NCBI GenBank assembly: GCA_963977015.1
Contig: CAXBMO010000001.1
Location: 384,001 to 448,000 of the forward strand
DNA from: an uncultured bacterium
GTDB lineage: Bacteria; Verrucomicrobiota; Verrucomicrobiia; Verrucomicrobiales; DEV007
DNA length: 64,000 nucleotides
Direction: 5' to 3'
In this document: positions 46,859 through 55,185 of the stretch, piece after piece
Numbering within the stretch: position 1 is the first letter of the stretch
Layout of the letters: each line of letters opens with the position of its first letter
Notes under the pieces: model-generated
Seen by the model: the letters and a program-made list of their open reading frames with translations, nothing else
The model's database searches: none
Told to the model about the DNA's origin: nothing
Program-made: the position numbers and the translations under genes

Positions 46859-48091
46859 ATGACCGGAAGAGTCCGCACCATTCTAACAACCCTGGTAGGG
46901 TGCGTGGGCTTCCTGTTTGCGCTGACGATTCCGTTCTGGATTTGGCCACTGGATTTGGAGGTTCAAAGCCGATTTTTTGATCCCGAGGGGCGCTGGGCAA
47001 GTGGCGAAGCTCCCTTTTGGCAATTTCTCTACCACTTTGGGACGCTGCCCGCCATCATCGTGGTTTTGGCGGCTTTGTTGGTATTTGTTCTCAGTTTCAG
47101 GGTTGAAAAGTTTGTCCCCTGGCGCAAGGCGGCCGCCTACCTCGTGCTGTGCATGGCGGTGGGGCCCGGCCTGCTGATCAATGTCGGATTCAAGGATCAT
47201 TGGGGGCGTCCCCGACCTCGAGATGTCGAAGTGTTTGGCGGTTCATATGCCCATGAGCGCGTCTGGATTGCAGATGGGAGCAGCCCGGGGAAAAGCTTCC
47301 CTTGTGGGCATTGTTCCATGGGATTCTATTTTTTGGGCTTGGCATTGCTATTCAGACGGTGGCGAACAGCTCTCGCAATATCGGGGTTTGCCGTGGTCTT
47401 TGGCGGACTGATCGGAATGGCTCGAATCGCTCAAGGTGGGCATTTTCTCAGCGACGTTATCTGGTCAGGGGGATTTTGCCTTTTGGCGAGCCTGGGACTG
47501 TTTTATGCGCTGGGTTTGGATCGATCGGTTCGTTTCGTGCCAAAATCGGGAGCGCAACTCAAGTTGCCTCCAAGTGTCGCCATTGGAGCTGGCTCGATTG
47601 GTGTTTGCGCACTGCTTTTCGTCGCACTGGGGACGCCGTATCACCGGGATGAAATGTTTTCCCCAAAAAATCTAGGTCGAGAAGAGAAATTAGAACTTTC
47701 GTTGGTTTTGGAAGGAGATGAACACAAGATCAGTGTTGTGGAGAATGGAACCGTGAGGATTCGGTCCATCGGAAATGGATTCGGACTACCGGGAAGCGCG
47801 ATCAAGATTGTGACCAAGGAAGAAAAATCGGAAGACGAGCTCTACTTTCAACTCAAACAGCGCCTCAGCGGATGGTTTACCGAGCTGCGGCAAGTCAACG
47901 AACTTCAAGTCCCTTCAGACTTCTCCGGAAATGTCAAAATCGTGATTCGATCTGGGGTTTTATCGGGCGATCTAAGGGAAATAAAGGGAGATCAGGATTG
48001 GAGAGTCTTCATTAATAACCCGAAAAATCTTCAAGTTGTCCCGTCTGGAGCCGAAACGTTCCAACTCCAGGTTATGCCTCTTGAAAACTGA
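46859..48091 (+). CDS. PAP2 family membrane phosphatase with C-terminal soluble beta domain
   Basis: KDHWGRPRP, SFPCGH, RIAQGGHFLSD (C1-C3 motifs), multiple TM helices. Confidence 0.88.
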   Translation: MTGRVRTILTTLVGCVGFLFALTIPFWIWPLDLEVQSRFFDPEGRWASGEAPFWQFLYHFGTLPAIIVVLAALLVFVLSFRVEKFVPWRKAAAYLVLCMAVGPGLLINVGFKDHWGRPRPRDVEVFGGSYAHERVWIADGSSPGKSFPCGHCSMGFYFLGLALLFRRWRTALAISGFAVVFGGLIGMARIAQGGHFLSDVIWSGGFCLLASLGLFYALGLDRSVRFVPKSGAQLKLPPSVAIGAGSIGVCALLFVALGTPYHRDEMFSPKNLGREEKLELSLVLEGDEHKISVVENGTVRIRSIGNGFGLPGSAIKIVTKEEKSEDELYFQLKQRLSGWFTELRQVNELQVPSDFSGNVKIVIRSGVLSGDLREIKGDQDWRVFINNPKNLQVVPSGAETFQLQVMPLEN

Positions 48092-48186
48092 ATTGGGCGG
48101 CTGGGTAGAGGCCCGATTGCTTTCGAGTCATCGGGGGAGCTGAGGGGCGAAATATGGGTGGCTTTGCAGGAATATAGTTCGGAAAT

Positions 48187-48218
48187 CTAAATATTTAGTA
48201 ATTATATTTTGATAATTA
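48187..48218. promoter_or_regulatory. AT-rich palindromic operator-like site
   Basis: Perfect 12-bp palindrome CTAAATATTTAG (48187-48198) directly followed by TAATTAT-6-ATAATTA. Confidence 0.4.
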
Positions 48219-48267
48219 TTAAAAACGCCAGAAATTGTATCCAGCAATTATCATCCTGTCTAATCTC

Positions 48268-49335
48268 ATGCAAAGCAACGCTTCACCTGCATCCAATCAA
48301 GGCGCACCTGCCTCCCCATTTGCCCCAACGCCGGCTCCAGGGATCAACGGTGTCGCGAAACCCGGGCAAAAATCGGAAGAGACTTTCGAAAACGCCATCA
48401 AGTCAAAACAGGAGCTCCTTCAGACGGCAAGCAAGCATCTCTACGAAGGTCTGAAAGCGTTGATCGAGGCGACTGCATTGGAAACTCAGGAAGCTGCGAA
48501 GTCCGTCGCAGCTCCTCAGGAAGAGAAGTGCGAGCCGGTTGCAGAGAAGGAGGCCGACATCCAGGTTGCCGAGAAGGAAACCGTTGAAACGGCTACCGAG
48601 AGCGAAGAGACCAAGCCCGCCTCTCCATCGATTTTGCCGTTTGCTCCTGCTTCGCAAAAGCCTGAAGAGACTGAGAAGCCGACCGAGGTTGAGGAGAAAG
48701 CAGCCCCTACATCCCCATTTACGGCAAGCTTCACCGGTAAGACCGAAGAGAAGCCGTTCGTTCCTCCATCAGCATTGGTTCCTGCAGATCAGGCAAAGTC
48801 GGCCTCGAAGCCTGAGCCCGCTCCAAGCATGCCAATTCCACCGTTTACGATGACGACTCCGGCGCCGCAGAGTCCGGCTGAGCCGTCCAGTCCGAGCCCT
48901 GAGCCGACGAATCCAAGTCCTTTTGCACCCGTCAAAAAGGCTGAGCCTCAGCCAACTGCCGAAGCGACATCTTCGATTCCACAGTTGCCCGTATTTGGCG
49001 CTCCTACGACGAGCTCCCAAGCTATTCCAGCTGCTCCTTCTCAAGATCAGCCAGCAGCAGGGCTTCCACAACTTCCACCCAGCCCGTTCACGATCAGCGC
49101 TGGAGCGACTCCGGCTCCTGCGGAGGGGCAGGCACCGGCAGCGGCTGGCCCGACATCACCGTTCACGGCACCCACTTCACTTCCGACCGGAGGATCACCA
49201 TTTGCCCCGGTTCCGCCAAGTTCGGCTGAACCAACGAAATCAGCCCCTGCAAATCCCGAGAACTCTCCGTTCAAAGCCCCGGGGGCGTCTCCTTTTCAGG
49301 AGACTCTTCCTCCCACCGGAGATTCCAAATCATAG
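48268..49335 (+). CDS. Pro/Ala/Ser-rich disordered protein with repeated SPF motifs
   Basis: Long open frame, one predicted helical block (FENAIKSKQELL...LIEATALE), eight SPF tripeptides, terminator downstream. Confidence 0.75.
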   Translation: MQSNASPASNQGAPASPFAPTPAPGINGVAKPGQKSEETFENAIKSKQELLQTASKHLYEGLKALIEATALETQEAAKSVAAPQEEKCEPVAEKEADIQVAEKETVETATESEETKPASPSILPFAPASQKPEETEKPTEVEEKAAPTSPFTASFTGKTEEKPFVPPSALVPADQAKSASKPEPAPSMPIPPFTMTTPAPQSPAEPSSPSPEPTNPSPFAPVKKAEPQPTAEATSSIPQLPVFGAPTTSSQAIPAAPSQDQPAAGLPQLPPSPFTISAGATPAPAEGQAPAAAGPTSPFTAPTSLPTGGSPFAPVPPSSAEPTKSAPANPENSPFKAPGASPFQETLPPTGDSKS

Positions 49336-49367
49336 GATGCTCTTAGGCGCGTCAATCTAAGATTCCG

Positions 49368-49401
49368 AAGCGGCGAGTCAGATTCTGGCTCGCCGCTTTT
49401 T
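49368..49401 (+). terminator. intrinsic terminator
   Basis: AAGCGGCGAGTCA-GATTC-TGGCTCGCCGC followed by T5. Confidence 0.8.
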
Positions 49402-49427
49402 GCGTGGTGGCTTTCCGGAAGCGGCCT

Positions 49428-50570
49428 CTATTTTTGCAGGCGTTCGAATTCCAGCTGAATGAACCGGTCGGTCATTCCGGAAAGGTAGTCGCAGGCGACT
49501 CTTTCAATTGGATCTCCCGCATGTTCTTCGGCGTAATCACCCATTTGCTCAGGATTCGAGAGACAAGCTTCGAACATCGTTTGGAGGAGATTGCACCCCC
49601 GTTGATTGGCTTCTGACACGGCCTCGTGATGATAAACGTTTCGATAGAGAAACTTTCTCAACTGGGCATTCGCGCGACGTAATTCCGGGCTGTAGGCAGC
49701 GAGTTTTTTCTCGTGCCTTCGCACATCGTCGCAGGTTTTGACTCCAGAGTTCTCGATTTGGCGCTGTGTTTCCGCGACAACGTCGGCTACCTCAAAATCG
49801 ATGAGACTTCGTATCACGTAGGTGACAAATCGCTTCCCTTTGAGATTCGGAAACAATTTCTTGACCCGATCGGCGCAGATTGACCAGATCTCAAGGTCTT
49901 CAAGTTGTTCAGCATCAATGAGTTGATAGTCCAGTCCGTCGTCTAAATCATGGCTGTAATAGGTTATTTCATCGCTTAAATTGGCGATTTGGGCCTCCAG
50001 CGATGGCATGGGGAACCGTTCCTCGAGATTTCCCTGGAAAGGTGGGCGCAAATAGCCGTTTTCATGTTTCCGCAGTCCCTCCAACACCTCGTAGGAAAGG
50101 TTGAGGCCGTCGAAAGCCGGGTATTTTCGCTCCAGTTTTTCGACGATTCTGAGACTCTGGAGGTTGTGCTCAAAACCTCCAAATTTGCGCATCAGCTCAT
50201 TGAGGCGTTCTTCGCCACAGTGTCCAAACGGCGAGTGGCCCAAATCATGGGACAACGCGATTGCCTCTGCCAAATCTTCATTCAGGCTCAACGCGCAGGC
50301 CAGGGTGCGACTGATCGAAGCCACCTCGATCGTATGAGTTAAGCGAGTCCGAAGGTGGTCTCCGGTTCCATTCAGAAAGACCTGGGTTTTGTATTCCAAT
50401 CGGCGAAATGCGCGCGAGTGAATGATACGCGCCCGATCGCGCTGAAACACAGTTCGATAGGGATGCTGTGGCTCAGGATGAACTCTACCGGCTGATTGAG
50501 ACGCCAACTGGGCGTAGGAAGCCAGAGAGCCACGCTCTTCGGTCTCCATTTGCTCCCGGGTCTTCAGCAT
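49428..50570 (-). CDS. dgt: deoxyguanosinetriphosphate triphosphohydrolase
   Basis: FQRDRARIIHSRAFRRLEYKTQVF, RTRLTHTIEV, HDLGHSPFGH, DYLSGMTD. Confidence 0.95.
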   Translation of the reverse strand: MLKTREQMETEERGSLASYAQLASQSAGRVHPEPQHPYRTVFQRDRARIIHSRAFRRLEYKTQVFLNGTGDHLRTRLTHTIEVASISRTLACALSLNEDLAEAIALSHDLGHSPFGHCGEERLNELMRKFGGFEHNLQSLRIVEKLERKYPAFDGLNLSYEVLEGLRKHENGYLRPPFQGNLEERFPMPSLEAQIANLSDEITYYSHDLDDGLDYQLIDAEQLEDLEIWSICADRVKKLFPNLKGKRFVTYVIRSLIDFEVADVVAETQRQIENSGVKTCDDVRRHEKKLAAYSPELRRANAQLRKFLYRNVYHHEAVSEANQRGCNLLQTMFEACLSNPEQMGDYAEEHAGDPIERVACDYLSGMTDRFIQLEFERLQK

Positions 50571-50600
50571 CGTTCATCAAGGCCCATTACGAGGTTGTCA

Positions 50601-50918
50601 TCAAGAGTCGCCATTCTTGTTGTCGAGATTTTTCGAATCCGATGCGCGAAGTTCTTGTGAAACCGAGAGCATGTCATAAGCGGCGAGAAGGAGCATCAAA
50701 ATCACGAGAATGAGGCAAAATCCCCAATAGGCAGTGAGAAAAAGAAGCGATTCGCTGAGTTCAGAATCCAGAACGGTCATGCCGATCAAGACGATTCCCA
50801 TTGCGACCAGGGCGAGCCAAAACATGAGGCGCCTTCTCAATTCCCGCGTCCGAATCACGACGAGTCCGGCGGCGACAGCGAGCTGGAGGAAAGAACGAGC
50901 TCGCTTCAATGGGGACAT
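50601..50918 (-). CDS. small membrane protein
   Basis: Two to three hydrophobic segments; co-oriented between the NYN gene and dgt. Confidence 0.65.
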   Translation of the reverse strand: MSPLKRARSFLQLAVAAGLVVIRTRELRRRLMFWLALVAMGIVLIGMTVLDSELSESLLFLTAYWGFCLILVILMLLLAAYDMLSVSQELRASDSKNLDNKNGDS

Positions 50919-50934
50919 GCCTGAGAATATCCGA

Positions 50935-51378
50935 TTAAAGTTGCCAGCGCGAACGAAACTGAGACTCCGCTTGGTTCACGGATTGCAACAAGGCGTTCGT
51001 GGAGATCGCTTCGGCTCCAGCGGCAATGACCGCGTCTTGTTCCATGACGTCGTCTGTCGCGACGATCAGCGAGTAGATCGTCGCATATTTGTGAACAAAA
51101 CGCTCGATGACGTCATCTGCGGTTCGCTTGGAATCTGAGTAGAAAACCTGGATTCCCTTTGGAATGCTTTCTTCCTGAATTTTGGAGCCCCGGCCATCAA
51201 AAACGACCACAACCCGGGCGAAATCGGCAATGTCCTGATAGGACGTCAGTCTTTTACAAAGCTCCAAACGGGCCAAATTACGATTGCCCCTGAGGAGGTC
51301 AGCCAAGTCCTTCCACGCGTGAACGACATTGTTGCCATCCACGAGCAAAACTTTCTCCTTGGTGCCCAGCGTCGACAT
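50935..51378 (-). CDS. NYN domain ribonuclease (YacP/Rae1-like)
   Basis: LLVDGNNV, VVVFDG, TADDVIE, VATDD acidic NYN motifs. Confidence 0.88.
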   Translation of the reverse strand: MSTLGTKEKVLLVDGNNVVHAWKDLADLLRGNRNLARLELCKRLTSYQDIADFARVVVVFDGRGSKIQEESIPKGIQVFYSDSKRTADDVIERFVHKYATIYSLIVATDDVMEQDAVIAAGAEAISTNALLQSVNQAESQFRSRWQL

Positions 51379-51401
51379 TCTGGCCCAGGAAACTGGGAGG
51401 G

Positions 51402-51743
51402 TTAGCCTTCGGCTTTCTCCGAATCAGGCTTTGGCTCTGTTTCCGTTGCCGGAGTCTCCTCCTTGGTGGCAGCAGCTTTCTTGGCCACCTTCTTGGTTGC
51501 GGCCTTCTTTTTCGCAGAAGCCTTTTTGGCCGCCTTTTTCTTGGGAGCTTCCTCCGTGGTGGCCACTACCGCCTCTTCAGCATCAGCTTTGGGGCTCGCG
51601 GCAGGCGCGGCTTTCGGCTTGTCAGCTTTGGGTTTCGTGATCTTTTTCGCGAGAGACTGGTTGTTCTTTTCTCTCACTCTTACCCGCTTCAGGTAATTCT
51701 TACGCCGGCGGCGTTTAATTTCTTTGTTGTACTGTTTTCCCAT
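51402..51743 (-). CDS. small basic protein with Lys/Ala-rich histone-H1-like tail
   Basis: MGKQYNKEIKRRRRKNYLKR head, then KKKAAKKASAKKKAATKKVAKKAA. Confidence 0.75.
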   Translation of the reverse strand: MGKQYNKEIKRRRRKNYLKRVRVREKNNQSLAKKITKPKADKPKAAPAASPKADAEEAVVATTEEAPKKKAAKKASAKKKAATKKVAKKAAATKEETPATETEPKPDSEKAEG

Positions 51744-52007
51744 CGTCGTTTACGTCATTCGGTATCGGGATAGCCCGAAACGGAACTTATTGGCGCTTGT
51801 CCCCCTTGGAATCAAGGTGAAATGGCGCATTTTCATCGCTGCCGCCAGCCGCGAGAAGATCTCAGCGGGAGATTTCGATCCAGAATTTCAAGTGCGAAGG
51901 GCGAAACTGGGAGTATGTTGAAGAAAACCCACACAAAAGGCTTGCACGTTTGCTTCTGGCCTGTGTAAATGAAGCGTAGGATTTCCCCTGCGTATCTCGC
52001 CTACAAA

Positions 52008-52153
52008 AGCTCTTCAATGCTGCAACCGTAGCAACCGCCTCGGCGGTCCTTGCCGAACTAAGGTAAAGAACTTTCCCAGATTAAGCTCCATGGCAAGCTA
52101 GCGATGTCCGATGAGGCGGACTCTATCACCCAACGGTGTTAGCTCCGGGAGTT
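52008..52153 (+). ncRNA. candidate rod-like structured RNA (6S-like or yebC leader)
   Basis: Nested complementary blocks AGCTCTT/GGGAGTT, ACCGT/ACGGT, CCGCCTC/GAGGCGG, CTTGCC/GGCAAG. G-U pairs favour the plus strand. Confidence 0.4.
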
Positions 52154-52220
52154 CTCGAATTGACGACTCTAACAAAACCAGAATTACTTCCTGCAGACGT
52201 CAGGAAAATAGAACGACATT

Positions 52221-52976
52221 ATGGCAGGTCACAACAAGTGGTCTAAGGTCAAGCATATCAAAGCTCGCGAAGATGCCAAGAAAGGCAAAGCCTTCAGCAA
52301 GCTTTCCAAGGAGATTTCCATCGCGGCTCGCGATGGCGGTGGAGATCCCTCGATGAACCCGCGTTTACGAACGGCGATCGACGCAGCAAAGAGCGTGTCG
52401 ATGCCCAAGGATAATATTGAGCGAGCCATCAAAAAGGGAACTGGAGAGTTAGGGGGCGATGCGATCGAAGAAGTTACCTACGAAGGGTTTGGCCCGAGCG
52501 GTGTTGCTTTGATTGTTGAGGTCAGTACAGACAACAAGAATCGATCCGTGGCGGACATACGGTCTATTTTTAACAAGGCGAATGGAACGATGGGAACTAC
52601 CGGAAGCGTTTCGCATCTGTTTCGAAGACTTGGCGAGATTCGCGTTGACCTCAGTGCGATTGAAGAGGACAAGCTACTCGAAATCTGCTTGGAAGCGGGA
52701 GCTGAAGAGGTTGCGAACGATGAAGAAGATCACATTGTTCAAACTGCCCCTGACGCGCTTAATGAAGTTGCTTCCGCAATTATCCAGGAAGGAATTGATT
52801 TGAAATCCCAAAACCTCGTCTACGTTCCGGAAGTTTCGATGGCGATTGACGATGCCTCTCAAGCCAGCAAAGTTGTGCGGTTGTTTGAGACGCTGGACGA
52901 GTATGACGACACTCTCAACGTATTTGCCAATTTTGACATTCCTGAAGCAATTCTTGAAGAAGCTCTAGCAAACTAA
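52221..52976 (+). CDS. yebC: YebC/PmpR family protein
   Basis: MAGHNKWSKVKHIK, NPRLR, MPKDNIERAIKKG, YEGFGP.GVA, TDNKNR. Confidence 0.96.
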   Translation: MAGHNKWSKVKHIKAREDAKKGKAFSKLSKEISIAARDGGGDPSMNPRLRTAIDAAKSVSMPKDNIERAIKKGTGELGGDAIEEVTYEGFGPSGVALIVEVSTDNKNRSVADIRSIFNKANGTMGTTGSVSHLFRRLGEIRVDLSAIEEDKLLEICLEAGAEEVANDEEDHIVQTAPDALNEVASAIIQEGIDLKSQNLVYVPEVSMAIDDASQASKVVRLFETLDEYDDTLNVFANFDIPEAILEEALAN

Positions 52977-53054
52977 CGACAAACCTTGCGCAAGTTGCGC
53001 CCTTGCTTTGCTTTCCCACTTTCAGTTGAAAGCACATTTTAGAACCCATTATCC

Positions 53055-54521
53055 ATGAAGGATACCACAACTGCCGAACTTCCTTTGGCATACGACGAGC
53101 CTGCTGAAAAGCCTGAGGCTAAAACCGAAAACCAAGCATCTGCGCAGAAACCTGCGGCGGAAGCCAACCCACAATCCATGGAAGCAAGTCAAGAAGACAG
53201 TGGCTCTTCAAACGCGCCAAGACGCCCTCGGAGAAACTCCAAGATGTCGAAAGGGCGACGGGGTAAACAATCCTCGGGAGGCAATGAGTCGGGAGAAAGG
53301 GGGCGCTCGGATTCGCAGAATGGTCAGCAGAAATCGGAAAATGCCCACAGGCGGGAAAGAAGAAAGAGGAAGAAGAGAGAGCGTAAAAAGGATGTGCCAA
53401 CCGGACCACCTGAAAAAGGCGAAGGTTTGCTGGAAATTTCTGCCAAAGGTTTTGGGTTCTTACGACAGGCGAGCACGGGATTTCAGCAGGCACCGGATGA
53501 TATCTTTGTGACTCCCGAGTTGGTTCGAAGTTATGGTTTAAGAGATGGAATGTGGGTCAAGTGCATGTCACGCACGGGGAATCGAGGCCCTCAATTGAGT
53601 GAGTTGCTTGAGATTTGTGGGAAGAAACCAGAGCAGTGTCTTGACCTGCCCTACTTTGAGGAACTAACCGCGATTAATCCTAACAAGCGGATAATCCTGG
53701 AGACAGCCAAAGAGAACCTGACCACGAGAGTCGTTGATTTGGTGACCCCGGTAGGGTTTGGGCAACGTGGGTTGATCGTGGCGCCACCACGAACCGGAAA
53801 GACCACCCTGATCCAGAAAATGGCAGAGTCGGTTCACCACAATCATGATTATGTGAAGATCTTCGTGTTGCTGATCGATGAGCGACCAGAGGAGGTTACG
53901 GAACTGAAGCGTTCGCTGCCCTTCGCTGAAGTGATGGCGAGCAGTAATGATCAGGACGTCAAGAGTCATACACGAATTGCTGAATTGGCAATTGAGAGAG
54001 CGAAGAGACTGGTGGAAGCCGGGGAGCATGTCTTTTTGCTTCTGGATTCGATTACGCGTTTGGCGAGATCGTTTAACAACGCGACCAAGGGTGGCAAAGG
54101 GAAGGGGATTTCCAGAGGTGGACTTGCCATCGGAGCGTTGGAGATTCCCCGGCGTTTGTTTGCTGCTGCGCGAAACACTCGGGAAGCTGGCTCCTTGACC
54201 ATTATCGGAACTGCCTTGGTGCAGACCAATAGTGCCATGGATGAGGCCATCTTCCAGGAATTCAAGGGAACCGGGAACATGGAACTCGTGCTGGACCGCA
54301 GAATCGCAGAGCAATATATTTGGCCGGCAGTGAACATTCATGCATCAGGAACACGACGTGAAGAGTTGTTGGTTCCGAAGCATCAACTCGAAAAGTCCTA
54401 TGTAATACGCAGAGGACTTGCGGGGCATAAGCCGACCGAGGCCATCGAAAGGCTGCTGAACTTGATGGAGAAGTTTCCCAACAATGCTCAAATGCTGATG
54501 GAAATTAAGTCTTCGGCATAG
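53055..54521 (+). CDS. rho: transcription termination factor Rho
   Basis: GFGFLR, GQRGLIVAPPRTGKT, LIDERPEEVT, LDSITRLAR, EFKGTGNME, SGTRREELL; long charged N-terminal extension. Confidence 0.96.
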   Translation: MKDTTTAELPLAYDEPAEKPEAKTENQASAQKPAAEANPQSMEASQEDSGSSNAPRRPRRNSKMSKGRRGKQSSGGNESGERGRSDSQNGQQKSENAHRRERRKRKKRERKKDVPTGPPEKGEGLLEISAKGFGFLRQASTGFQQAPDDIFVTPELVRSYGLRDGMWVKCMSRTGNRGPQLSELLEICGKKPEQCLDLPYFEELTAINPNKRIILETAKENLTTRVVDLVTPVGFGQRGLIVAPPRTGKTTLIQKMAESVHHNHDYVKIFVLLIDERPEEVTELKRSLPFAEVMASSNDQDVKSHTRIAELAIERAKRLVEAGEHVFLLLDSITRLARSFNNATKGGKGKGISRGGLAIGALEIPRRLFAAARNTREAGSLTIIGTALVQTNSAMDEAIFQEFKGTGNMELVLDRRIAEQYIWPAVNIHASGTRREELLVPKHQLEKSYVIRRGLAGHKPTEAIERLLNLMEKFPNNAQMLMEIKSSA

Positions 54522-54543
54522 ATGTGTTAGCCGATTGCGACGG

Positions 54544-55146
54544 ATGTCGATCACCAACGTGCCAGACGAAGCGGAGCCTGAATCGTCGATCGAACACGAT
54601 GAATCAGGTCTGGTTGTTTCCGAGCCCGAGTCCGGTTCCGAGGTTCCGGTCGAGAAGAGGGCGGAAGTCTCAAAGACTTCCCGCTTCATCGCTTGGATTA
54701 TGGACGAAGCCGTTTCGATCCCGGGGACGAATGTCAAGATAGGCATTGATCCTCTTCTGGGGCTGTTGCCTGCCGGGGGAGACTTGGCGGCATCCTGCGC
54801 CGGCGTCTTCGCCTTCATAGAGGCAGTCAAACGCGGCCTCCCGATTCAGGCGCTTTGGAAAATTGTCGGCAACATCATCTTGAACGCTGGTGTCGGCACC
54901 ATTCCCATCATTGGAGACATTTTTTCGGTCATGTTTCGCAGCAATTCGCGAAACCGCGACATCATCAATGACAACCTTCGCCAAGCCCTTGCAGAGGGGA
55001 GGGAGCCCAGCTGGTGGAGGGTCATTCCTGCAGTTGCTGCGATCCTCGTATTTGTGGGATGTGCGATCACCCTCAATCTGTATCTTTGGTATCTCGTGAC
55101 CAACTTTGTGATCGAGAGAGTGCCAGGATTGGACGTTGGCAGTTGA
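54544..55146 (+). CDS. DUF4112 domain membrane protein
   Basis: MDEAVSIPGT..IGIDPLLGLLP.GGD, GTIPIIGDIF..FRSN.RN. Confidence 0.85.
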   Translation: MSITNVPDEAEPESSIEHDESGLVVSEPESGSEVPVEKRAEVSKTSRFIAWIMDEAVSIPGTNVKIGIDPLLGLLPAGGDLAASCAGVFAFIEAVKRGLPIQALWKIVGNIILNAGVGTIPIIGDIFSVMFRSNSRNRDIINDNLRQALAEGREPSWWRVIPAVAAILVFVGCAITLNLYLWYLVTNFVIERVPGLDVGS

Positions 55147-55185
55147 TCTCCTTGCTCTGATCGCCGTTTCAGGACACGATCAGGA

